Position numbers and translations under genes: made by a program | Notes under the pieces: generated by a model | The model's database searches: none | What the model was told of the DNA's origin: nothing | The model's input: only the letters and a program-made list of their open reading frames with translations | Shown: positions 1-8,185 of the stretch, piece after piece | Numbering within the stretch: position 1 is the stretch's first letter | Layout: each line of letters opens with the position of its first letter | From: Acidimicrobiales bacterium | Lineage (GTDB): Bacteria > Actinomycetota > Acidimicrobiia > Acidimicrobiales > AC-14 | Direction: 5' to 3' | NCBI GenBank assembly: GCA_051004925.1 | Contig: JBPCJV010000256.1 | Location: 1 to 30,291 of the forward strand | DNA length: 30,291 nt

Positions 1-210
1 TGGCGCACGGTCGAGCAGCGTGGCCGCTGGTGCGAGCTCCATGAACACCGGGAACAGCGTGCGGCTGTTGACCAGCAGCGCGACCTGCGGCCGCCAGAAC
101 AGGGCCGTCGCGAACCAGTCGCCGAGCGCGGTGGTCGACGCGTCGCCGACGACGACGGGCGCGCCCTTCACTCGGTCGCGCAGCTTCTTGGTACCTCGGA
201 CCACGAGCAC
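1..210 (-). CDS. DUF6933-like protein, 3' end runs off the window
   Basis: Not in the ORF track. Hand translation from GTG at 210 gives 70 open codons, VLVVRGTKKLRDRVKG...STTALGDWFATALFWRPQVALLVNSRTLFPVFMELAPAATLLDRAP. The 'R.TKKL...LGDW.A......L.VN..TL.P' pattern resembles DUF6933 proteins as I recall them. Confidence 0.65.
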   Translation of the reverse strand, partial: MLVVRGTKKLRDRVKGAPVVVGDASTTALGDWFATALFWRPQVALLVNSRTLFPVFMELAPAATLLDRAP

Positions 211-252
211 GGGGTCAGTCTCGCGCTTGCGTGGGGTCGTGCTGGGCGGCCG

Positions 253-346
253 TGACTTCTACCGAAACTTCTACCGGACGGGTAGAAACGGGGTAGAACC
301 GAGCATCACGGTTCGGCACGCCCAATCGCGAAAGTGCTGTTCAGAG
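253..346. repeat. Copy 1 of a direct repeat with TTCTACC x2 / GGTAGAA x2 (recombinase arm-like site)
   Basis: 253-283 (tgacttctaccgaaacttctaccggacgggt) is identical to 1464-1494, and looser similarity continues for about 60 more bp. Confidence 0.9.
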
Positions 347-437
347 GCGAGCGCCCCCCGCCGGTGGTCATCCCGACCGGCGACTTCGACGCAACCGGTG
401 ATGCGTTGCACCGCCACCCCGTCACGCTGCACCCTGT

Positions 438-503
438 GAGCTACAACGGTCTTTGCTCGTCGAGCAGGGAGCTACAAGGCGACGGCCGGTTCCTTTGTAG
501 CTC
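438..503. repeat. GAGCTACAA motif cluster: two direct copies and one inverted copy
   Basis: gagctacaa at 438-446 and 469-477; ttgtagctc at 495-503. Confidence 0.75.
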
Positions 504-537
504 GTGTCGGGATTAGGCCAAGCTGGGAAGAATCACT

Positions 538-561
538 TTCGGATGTACGCCAATTTCCGAA
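538..561. promoter_or_regulatory. Putative operator (TTCGGA-N12-TCCGAA) just upstream of the HTH gene
   Basis: Inverted repeat at 538-543 and 556-561, immediately before the start at 568. An autoregulatory role is inferred. Confidence 0.35.
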
Positions 562-567
562 GGCAGA

Positions 568-1053
568 GTGTACGCTCGGGAGATGTCGCTCGTTGAGGTC
601 GTCGACGATCTTCTGACCCTGGAGGAGCTGGCAGAGCATGAGGACGATCCGGATCGCCGTCGATCACTCGAGGCCGTGCGCAGCCACTTGGCCGACAGAG
701 ACCGAGGGGCAAAGGTATCTGAAGCGGCTCAGGTCCTGAGCCTCTCGCAACCGACGGTGAGGGCTTGGATCGCGTCCGGCCTCCTCGAACCGATCGCCGG
801 AACGACGCCTGTGCGTGTTGACGTCCGCTCGCTCGCCGATGTCAAGCGAGCACTCGACCTGATCCGCCGCCACAAGGACGATCGGCGGCTACTTGCGGAC
901 GTCATGCGCATCCTTCGTGACAGGGCGGCGCTGGCCGGGTCCGAGGAAGGCTTTGCCGATCTCGCCGCCGGACGGGTCGTCCCCGTTACTGACGAGCTGC
1001 TCGATGAGCTGCGGGCGACGCAACGGGGGAAGAAGCGATCCAGGTCGAGCTGA
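568..1053 (+). CDS. MerR/excisionase-type HTH protein, putative antitoxin
   Basis: Central KVSEAAQVLSLSQPTVRAWIASGLL is a MerR/HTH_17-like motif. The stop overlaps the next ORF. Alternative start is ATG 583. Confidence 0.7.
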   Translation: MYAREMSLVEVVDDLLTLEELAEHEDDPDRRRSLEAVRSHLADRDRGAKVSEAAQVLSLSQPTVRAWIASGLLEPIAGTTPVRVDVRSLADVKRALDLIRRHKDDRRLLADVMRILRDRAALAGSEEGFADLAAGRVVPVTDELLDELRATQRGKKRSRSS

Positions 1054-1466
1054 CGGGCATCGCCGAGCGCCAGGTTCGGAAGCTGCGCGGTCGGCGACTC
1101 AAGGTGGCGCTCGACGTGCTTGTGGCCCTGCGAGCCAGCGGATGCGAAGCCGCCGGTTACCGCCTCGCCGGTGCTGTGCTCGATTACGTGTGTTGCCGGC
1201 ACCTCTACGGCGGGGATCGGATGCTCATCGCGTGGCCCGCCGACGATCACGCCGTCGTGATCCTGGTCGCTCCGCACGACCGCACCGCCAACGATGTCTA
1301 CCGTCGGCTGCTGGACGCGCTCGACATCGGCGAACCGGAGGACGATCGAGAAAAGCCCCCGTGTTGCGACGAGGCTGGGCAGCCACCAGCTGACCGCAAC
1401 GTGGCCCTCGACGTCGCCGATGCGGTCGAGCGAAGGGAGCGCGCCGGCCGCCGGAGAGCCCGCTGA
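1050..1466 (+). CDS. Cys-rich small protein, putative RelE/ParE-like toxin
   Basis: The track ORF starts at 1104, but the frame is open back to 1008 and reads IQVELTGIAERQVRKL, like a RelE N-terminus. Start is uncertain (CTG 1050, ATC 1038 or GTG 1104). Confidence 0.5.
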   Translation: MTGIAERQVRKLRGRRLKVALDVLVALRASGCEAAGYRLAGAVLDYVCCRHLYGGDRMLIAWPADDHAVVILVAPHDRTANDVYRRLLDALDIGEPEDDREKPPCCDEAGQPPADRNVALDVADAVERRERAGRRRAR

Positions 1467-1559
1467 CTTCTACCGAAACTTCTACCGGACGGGTTGAAAT
1501 CGGGTAGAAGCCGCCGGCACGGTCCAACACGCCAATCTGCAAAAGCCCAGGTCACGGCC
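1464..1559. repeat. Copy 2 of the TTCTACC/GGTAGAA direct repeat
   Basis: 31-bp identity with 253-283. It begins exactly at the TGA stop (1464-1466) of the toxin-like gene. Confidence 0.9.
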
Positions 1560-1701
1560 ACTTTTCAACATCGATCGGCATCGATCAATACCGCGAAAAG
1601 GCAGGCGTATCGAGTGTTGCCCCGAAATGGGTTGCCTTGGGATCATCGTTGAGGTTCATCGCCGGGCGGAGCGGCCTGACCTCCGACCTGCTCGGCCGCA
1701 C

Positions 1702-2972
1702 CTAAGTCGGTCTGATCGTTCCGAGGTTCACCGCGAGCGCCGCCTGCGCCTGGGCTCCGACGACCTGGAGGAACAGGTCGAGAGGAAGGGTGCCGACCCC
1801 GGCCGCCATTGAGTCGGGCTGGCCGACGGTGGCTTGAGGGGTGATGAGGAAGCAGCGACCCTTGAAACGGGGGTGCCGATCCATGAGCGCGCGCATGCCA
1901 GCTCGACCGTGGTCGGGCGAGGCACCGATCTCGAAGGCCAACGGGTGATCCGGGTGGTCGAAGACCAGGTCGACCTCGTGCCTGCCGTCACGCCAGTGGT
2001 ACAACCGGACGCTGGAGTGGAGGGCGAGTGATCCACGGTGGCGGCAACGAGATTCTCGAGGAGGGCGCCGAGCTCCGTCGGGTTGTCGAGCGGCGCCAGG
2101 CCTCGTTGGAGTGCCGCGTTCCGAATGGCCCCATCGACGAAGTAGAGCTTGCGGCCACGCTTCTGCACGGTCGTTTCCCGTCCGGAGTAGTTCGGCAAGG
2201 TGAAGACGAGGAACGCCTGCTCGAGGTAGGAGAGATATCGGTCGAACGTCGGCTGGGACAGTCCGAGGTCACCGCATATGTTCGATGGTGAGAGCAGGCC
2301 GGTGACCTGGGCAGCCAGGACGTAGAGCAACCGCTCGAGCATCATCGGGTTGTCGACCCCAAAGGACTGGGGGATGTCCTTATAGATGGCCCGCTCGACG
2401 GCGTCGCTCCGCAGGACCTGCTGTGACTCGAGGAGCCGGCTCGGCTCATCCTCGTCGGGGCGGTCACGAGCGGCTGTCAGCAACTCGGGGAATCCACCAA
2501 CGAGCATGAAGAGGCGGCGCCATGTGGCGAGGTCGGGATCGGCCCGCTGGCCCTGCTCGAGCATGGCGAGGCTGCCTGCCAGGGTGTCGCCCACGACAAC
2601 GGGTCGGTCCCGGCCAACAAGCGCCAGGAATTCCGTGAACAGGTAGGGCGTGAGGTGTTGCTCGGACCAGCGGCCGATACCGCTCTCCAACCGCCGCTCG
2701 CGAAGAGCAGCCGTGGCACTGGACGTCGCGGCGATCCGGACAGGCCACTGTTCGTCGAAGAAAGTCTTCAGCCAGAGGTCCCATCGCTCGGTGTAGACGA
2801 GCTCATCGAGCATGAGGAAGACGGGCCGCTGCGGGGTGTGCGATGTGGTGAGGACGGCGCGCACGAGATCACCGAGACTCTCCTGGAGCAGAAGGGGATG
2901 GTAGAGGCGCATCCACCAGATTCGGTCCGGCTCGACCTTGGCCTCAAGGAGGTGGCGGACGGTCTGGTAGAG
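1702..2972 (-). pseudogene. AAA+ ATPase with DUF4143-type C-terminus, 5'-truncated and frameshifted
   Basis: Walker B (LMLDEL), GGFPE, KLYFVDGAIRN and YHWRD...EVDLV are present. There is no Walker A before LYQTVRHLL. The frame shifts near 2034, where ORF 1728-3020 continues in ORF 1702-2004. Confidence 0.8.
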
Positions 2973-2982
2973 AGCGCCGCGC

Positions 2983-4290
2983 TCAGTGTGACGGCCCGCC
3001 ATCGCGCGGTGGCGTCGCATCTGCCGCGGGGGCCCGGCGCGCGTTCGGGTCTGCCGCTTCCGCCTGTTGGCTCAGGTAGTTCTGGATGCCTATCGACACC
3101 TGCAGCGAGTAATCGAGCGACACGGCCGGCGGCGCGGGCGGTTCGGTCGGCATGAACACCTGGCCCGAGGGCACGTTGCGGAACCAGTAGGGGATCTGTG
3201 ATTGGGTCGGCGGGAACATGGGGGCGATGTCGGACGGAGTCTGGGCGGTCGAGTGACAGGACAGACACGAGGAGCTCGGGTTGTCCACCGGCCCGTTCAG
3301 CCGCCCTTGGTAACCGAGATGGGGCATCGTCACCGCCGAGTTGATCCAGGTCTCCTTCAGCGGCCCCGATCCGCTGTAGTCGGGATCGTTGCCCCACATC
3401 ACCCCGACCGGCGAGACGTTGGTCCAGCCCGTCCCCTGGGTTGTGCCAGGCGTCGGCCCGCCGCCGTAGACGAAGGTGCCGAACACCCAGCCGGTCGGGG
3501 ACCGCTGGTCCTTGACGGCGAGGTCGATCTGCAGCAGCCGCACCGCCACCTTCGCCCGCTCGGTGGGGTCGGGCTGGGAGGAGTTCAGTTCGCTGTACAC
3601 GTAGACGTTCCACGCCGGCGAGCCGGCGAGATAGGGGACCTGATCGGTCCCCGCAGTGGTGAAGAGCAGCTTCGCGCCCACCGTGCCTTCGGGCATGATC
3701 CCCATCGCGGCATCGGGGGAGCCATGGTTCGCCCAGACCTTGCCGATCGCGCTGGCGCCGGCGGCGTTGTAGAAGCCGACCGCGTAGTTGTTCCACTGCA
3801 GGGTCTGCGCGGGATCGAGCTCGCCCGGCTTGTTGACGCGCTCGCGGGTCAACCCGTGGGCGGGCTCGCGGCCGTTGAAGCCGAAATCCTGCCATGGCGC
3901 GTTGTACCACTGGCGCACGGTATTGAGGGTCGGGTCGAAGGAATTCTCGACGCTGTCGCGGATGTTGCCCGCGTAGAAGTAGTCGAGCACCGACTGGACG
4001 AACTCCTGGGACTGGGCTGTCGGATCGAAGGCGAGCCACGGCTGGGTGTCCGGTGCCACCGTCGCCGGGTAGTCCTGGGCGAGCTTGAAGATGTGGCCAT
4101 CCCACCCCGCCGGCGGCGCCACCGTCGAGTCGCAGAACGGCGTGGTCGGCGTATCACACTGGCCCGAGCCGGAGACGAGCGACACACTCGGTGCCGGCGT
4201 CGATTCCTCCTTGTCGGCACTGTTCCCGCATCCGACCAGCACTGCCGCCGAAACCAACAGAACCGATATGCCCGAACGTGTCCTGCGCAT
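2983..4290 (-). CDS. Uncharacterised lipoprotein with a single CxxCH heme c motif
   Basis: Signal peptide with lipobox LVG-C21, GRLNGPVDNPSSSCLSCH in the C-terminal part, and a GAGGGG SD upstream. Confidence 0.8.
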   Translation of the reverse strand: MRRTRSGISVLLVSAAVLVGCGNSADKEESTPAPSVSLVSGSGQCDTPTTPFCDSTVAPPAGWDGHIFKLAQDYPATVAPDTQPWLAFDPTAQSQEFVQSVLDYFYAGNIRDSVENSFDPTLNTVRQWYNAPWQDFGFNGREPAHGLTRERVNKPGELDPAQTLQWNNYAVGFYNAAGASAIGKVWANHGSPDAAMGIMPEGTVGAKLLFTTAGTDQVPYLAGSPAWNVYVYSELNSSQPDPTERAKVAVRLLQIDLAVKDQRSPTGWVFGTFVYGGGPTPGTTQGTGWTNVSPVGVMWGNDPDYSGSGPLKETWINSAVTMPHLGYQGRLNGPVDNPSSSCLSCHSTAQTPSDIAPMFPPTQSQIPYWFRNVPSGQVFMPTEPPAPPAVSLDYSLQVSIGIQNYLSQQAEAADPNARRAPAADATPPRDGGPSH

Positions 4291-4330
4291 CGGCTAACCC
4301 CCCTCAGAGCCTATGGCGGCGACCAGGGAA

Positions 4331-4359
4331 CAAATGGCATTCCCGCCACCAACCATTTG
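4331..4359. promoter_or_regulatory. Possible operator (CAAATGG-N15-CCATTTG) in a divergent intergenic region
   Basis: 7-bp AT-rich inverted repeat between the lipoprotein gene and the ferritin-like gene. Confidence 0.25.
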
Positions 4360-4531
4360 CCGGCTTTCCGGGGGACAACTACCGGCGCCTCTCCCGACGC
4401 GATGCTGTGCGGTCTCATCCGGCCATGACGAACGATAGTCCGGCCCGGCTCCGGGAGTTGGGTCTTGCCCCGGCCCGACCCGTCGACGAGAATATCGCGT
4501 CCACGGGTCCTCGGGGGGAGGTAGGGCGGCC

Positions 4532-5707
4532 ATGCTGCGGCTGAGGCGACCCATGAGTCCGTCCGTCGGCCTTCGCACCGGGTCCGCCGACCTGGGGGCG
4601 GCGACGGCCCCGGTCACGATCGTCCGTGACTTCGCCGATCCGCATCTGGAAATGGTGCGGCTGCTTCGGGAAGCGGCCGAGGTGGAGCACGCCCTCATGG
4701 TCCAGTACCTGTATGCCGCCTTCTCGGTGAAGGGGTCCGAGTACCCGAGGGTGCTCGGGTTGCCGTCGGCGGGCGCAACGAGCCTGCTGGGTGTCGCCAT
4801 CCAGGAGATGGAGCACCTGCACACGGTCAACCAGATGTTGGTGGCCATCGGTGCCGCTCCCGGTCTGGTGTCACAGGAGTTCCCGTACGAGCCGCAGATC
4901 TTTCCCTTCCCGCTGCATCTCGAGCCCCTGAGCCAGAGGGCCCTGGCGAAGTACGTGTTCGCCGAGGCGCCGAAGTCGGCGCTGGATCGTGACGACCCGG
5001 CCAACGCCGGCGAGTCGGGCTTCCTCGACCTCCTCTTCGACCTCCTCGATGATCTGCGGCCGAACCAGCTGGGCAGCCTGTACGGCGTACTGCTGAAGCT
5101 CTGCGAGGAGATCTCCCAACAGGCCATGACCGACTTGCCTGACCTGCAACCGTGGATGGTCAAACTCGAGCAGATCAAGGAGGAAGGGGAGGGCGACCAC
5201 TTCCGCTTTTTCAAGGAGCTCTTTCTCGGCGTCCACCAAGGCTTCAAGGGCCGCCCGGTGTGGACGCTGTCCACCGAAGACCCCCAGTACCCGGCCTTCC
5301 CGATACTGGTGGACCCCAGCGCGTACGAGGGCCATCCGCTTCAGATTCCCGACGATGCCGTCCGGCGGGTGGCGTTCCTCGGTGACGTGCAGTACTGGAT
5401 CGTCCTCATGCTCCTCGACCTGTCGTACCGCCAGCCCGATGTCGCCGCGTACGTCACCCAGGCGAAGAAGCACATGAGGTTCCCGATGAAGGAGCTGGGC
5501 ATCCACCTGGCTTCCCTCGGTGCCGGGCTGCCGTTCGACCCGTTGGGCATGGGCTACTCCCCGGGCGTCGACCGGGCCGGGACGTTGCGGTTGTTGCGTC
5601 ACCTCTTGGGGGAGTCGCAGCGCCTCACCGTCGAGCTCAGGGCGTCGCTTCCCGAGACGTACTCCTCGACCACTGACGACGAGACCCTCACGGCACTGCC
5701 GAGCTAG
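4532..5707 (+). CDS. Ferritin-like domain protein (VioB C-terminal / PF12902 type)
   Basis: LREAAEVEHALMVQYLYAAFS and IQEMEHL are signature motifs, followed by later AEA and EEGEGDH. GGAGG SD before ATG 4532. Confidence 0.8.
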   Translation: MLRLRRPMSPSVGLRTGSADLGAATAPVTIVRDFADPHLEMVRLLREAAEVEHALMVQYLYAAFSVKGSEYPRVLGLPSAGATSLLGVAIQEMEHLHTVNQMLVAIGAAPGLVSQEFPYEPQIFPFPLHLEPLSQRALAKYVFAEAPKSALDRDDPANAGESGFLDLLFDLLDDLRPNQLGSLYGVLLKLCEEISQQAMTDLPDLQPWMVKLEQIKEEGEGDHFRFFKELFLGVHQGFKGRPVWTLSTEDPQYPAFPILVDPSAYEGHPLQIPDDAVRRVAFLGDVQYWIVLMLLDLSYRQPDVAAYVTQAKKHMRFPMKELGIHLASLGAGLPFDPLGMGYSPGVDRAGTLRLLRHLLGESQRLTVELRASLPETYSSTTDDETLTALPS

Positions 5708-5716
5708 GAGAAGGGC

Positions 5717-6433
5717 ATGAGTGACATGAATGGCGGCACCGACCCGCGGGCACGGGCTACGGAGTTCTGGTTCCAGTTCGACAACGCCTTCAATCCCGGG
5801 TTCGGCCAGGTCAGCGACGAGGTCTTCGAGGCCTACGCGGCAACCGACAGTCCTGATGGCCCGTTGCAGCGCTGGAACCATCACCGCCGCAACGGCACCT
5901 ATCCGGACGGCTTCCGCCAGGACATGGAGCGCGCCCGCGACTCGCACCTGCGCCTCGCCGAGCTGCAGTTGCAGATCATCGACCAGCACTTCGCAGGCGA
6001 CTCGGACGCGGAGCGGGGTGCCTTCGAGGACTTCGGGCAGGGAGTGCTCTTCAACGACCGCCGGCCACCGACGGACAAGGTGCACAAGATGGACATCGGC
6101 GGCCCGGACGACCCCCCCATCGGCTACCACCGCTGGCATGCGTGCATCCGTGCTGCGGTGACGGTCGGTGCCGACCCCGACCGCTGGTTGACCATCGACC
6201 GGCTCGTGGGCCTGGCCTGGGCGATCCAGTCCGAAGCCCGGCCGGAGCAGGACTCCGCGACCAACCCGGGGCTGTCGGCGGAGCGCCTCGCCGCCCTGCG
6301 GGAACACTGGACGAGCCTCGACTTCGACGCCCTCGACACAGAGTTCGACAGCGACCCGTTCCCTCGAAGTGCCCAAGGGCGGCAGGCGCCGCAGGGCGCG
6401 GCGCGTGCCGTCAGCGGCTACGACCGGCAGTAG
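5717..6433 (+). CDS. Hypothetical protein with VHKMD and GYHRWH motifs
   Basis: Starts 9 bp after the ferritin-like stop with an AGGAGAAG SD. The sequence has normal protein-like composition. Confidence 0.75.
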   Translation: MSDMNGGTDPRARATEFWFQFDNAFNPGFGQVSDEVFEAYAATDSPDGPLQRWNHHRRNGTYPDGFRQDMERARDSHLRLAELQLQIIDQHFAGDSDAERGAFEDFGQGVLFNDRRPPTDKVHKMDIGGPDDPPIGYHRWHACIRAAVTVGADPDRWLTIDRLVGLAWAIQSEARPEQDSATNPGLSAERLAALREHWTSLDFDALDTEFDSDPFPRSAQGRQAPQGAARAVSGYDRQ

Positions 6434-6561
6434 GAACCAGGGCTAGGCGACGCGGTCTTCGGCGGCTGTCTGACGCGTCGATTGCCGGCCCCTGCCAGGC
6501 AGTGACCTGCGAAGACCGGACCGACTACCGACTGTCCGTGAACGCCTGAAAAAGTAGGGCC

Positions 6562-7522
6562 GTGGTGGACTCCGACATGCCGGTGGAAGAGATGAGCCGG
6601 CTTCGTGCGCTGCGGGCATCCGGCCTGCTCGACACTCCGGCCGAGGAGCGCTTCGACCGGGTCACCCGGATGGCGCAGCGGCTGTTCGACGTCCCCATCG
6701 CCCTCGTGAGCCTGGTCGATGAGGACCGCCAATGGTTCAAGTCGCGGCAGGGCCTGGACGCCACGGAGACCCCTCGGGCCCTCTCCTTCTGCTCCCACGC
6801 CATCGGCGGCGACGATGTCTTCCAGGTCGACGACGCGGGCGCCGACGTCCGCTTCGCGGACAATCCCCTTGTCCTGGGCGACCCCAACATCCGTTTCTAC
6901 GCCGGTTGCCCGATCGCCGCGCCCGACGGGTCGAAGCTGGGCACGCTCTGCGTGATCGACCGCCAGCCCCGGCATCTCCCAGGCCGACGTGCAGGCGCTC
7001 CAGGACCTGGCCGAGATGGTGGAGGCCGAGGTCGGGCAGGCCCACACTGCCCTCACCGACGACCTGACGGGGCTCAGCAACCGACGGGGACTCGGGCTGT
7101 TCGGTCAGACGGTGCTCGACATCGGCGCACACCGAAAGCTGGCGGCGACGCTGGTTTACGCCGACCTGGACGATTTCAAGCGGATCAACGACAGCTTCGG
7201 CCACGGCGAGGGTGATCGGGCCATCCAGGAGGCGGCGGAGCTGTTGGCGTCGACGTTCCGGTCCTCCGACGTGGTGGCCCGGGTCGGCGGCGACGAGTTC
7301 TGCGTCCTACTCACCGGCGCCGGCTCGGACGAGGTGCCGGTCTCCCGACTCCACGCCCAGGTCGACTCCCGCAATCGATCGCCAGGCGCCCGTTACCCGC
7401 TGGGCTTCAGCGTCGGCCGAGCCGTCTTCGACCCCGAGGCGCCCCTGACCCTGGACGAGCTCCTGAACGCTGCCGACTCGGCGATGTACGCCGAAAAGCG
7501 GCACAAACGCGCCGCGGGCTAA
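6562..7522 (+). CDS. GAF-GGDEF diguanylate cyclase with a frameshift near 6978
   Basis: GAF part (EERFDRVTRMAQRLFDVPIALVSLVDEDRQWFKS...RFYAGCPI) is in ORF 6562. GGDEF part (DDLTGLSNRR, DLDDFKRINDSFGH, RSSD I-site, GGDEF) is in ORF 6989. Confidence 0.85.
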
Positions 7523-7573
7523 GCCGGCGGCGACGACCCCGACGAGTTCGAGCCGTCTCGCCCACGGCGCTCC

Positions 7574-8185
7574 TCAGGCGACGCGGTCGTTGCCGGCGGC
7601 CCACACCCGGGTGGCGGCAACCTCGCGGGCGTAGTCGGCGAAGTCGCGGGGCGCCCGGCCCAGGGCGCGCTGCACGCCGTCGGCCAGGTGGGCGTTGTGG
7701 CCGAGGACCTCGGTGAACAGGTGGGTCACCAGCCACACGAAGTCGGCCGGGACCTCGGCCTCGGCCAGCGCCGACGCGTAGGCCTCCATCGGGACGGTCA
7801 CGAACCGGATCTCACGGTCGGCGGCCTCGGCGATCTCGGCGATGGCTGCGGCGAAGGTGAGCAGGCGGGGACCCGTAAGCTCGTAGAGCTCGCCCCCGTG
7901 CCCGTCGTCGGTCAGGGCGGCCACGGCCACGTCGGCGATGTCGTCGGCGTCCACGAACGGCTCGCCCACGTCGCCCACGGGAAGGGCGACCTCGCCGGCG
8001 AGGATCGGGTCGACCAGGTAACCCTCGCTGAAGTTCTGGCTGAACCACGTGGCGCGCACGATCGTCCACTCGGCCCCGGCGTCGCGCACGGCCTGCTCCG
8101 CCACCTCGGCCCCCTCCTCCCCCCGCCCGGACAGCAGCACGAGCCGCCGCACCCCCTGCGCCACCGCGGCCCGGGCGACCCGCCC
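7574..8185 (-). pseudogene. NmrA-family atypical SDR, N-terminal Rossmann part deleted
   Basis: GVRRLVLLSGRGE, WTIVRATWFSQNF, FVDADDIADVAVAAL and YELTGPRLLTF are present. There is no GxxGxxG start, and the sequence upstream of ~8185 is an AraC-family gene on the other strand. Confidence 0.8.

Noticed and set aside
253-1559. Integron attC sites or IS terminal inverted repeats
   Set aside because: No RYYYAAC...GTTRRRY core pair, the copies are direct rather than inverted, and no integrase or transposase is in the window.
1560-1700. tRNA fragment as an att core next to repeat copy 2
   Set aside because: I found no T-loop (GTTCGA) or cloverleaf on either strand. Short direct repeats (catcgatc x2, gttgcc x2) are present but too short to call.
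6434-6561. c-di-GMP riboswitch or island-end motif upstream of the cyclase
   Set aside because: Only a 9-bp inverted repeat (6453-6461 and 6510-6518) is visible, with no riboswitch consensus that I can support.
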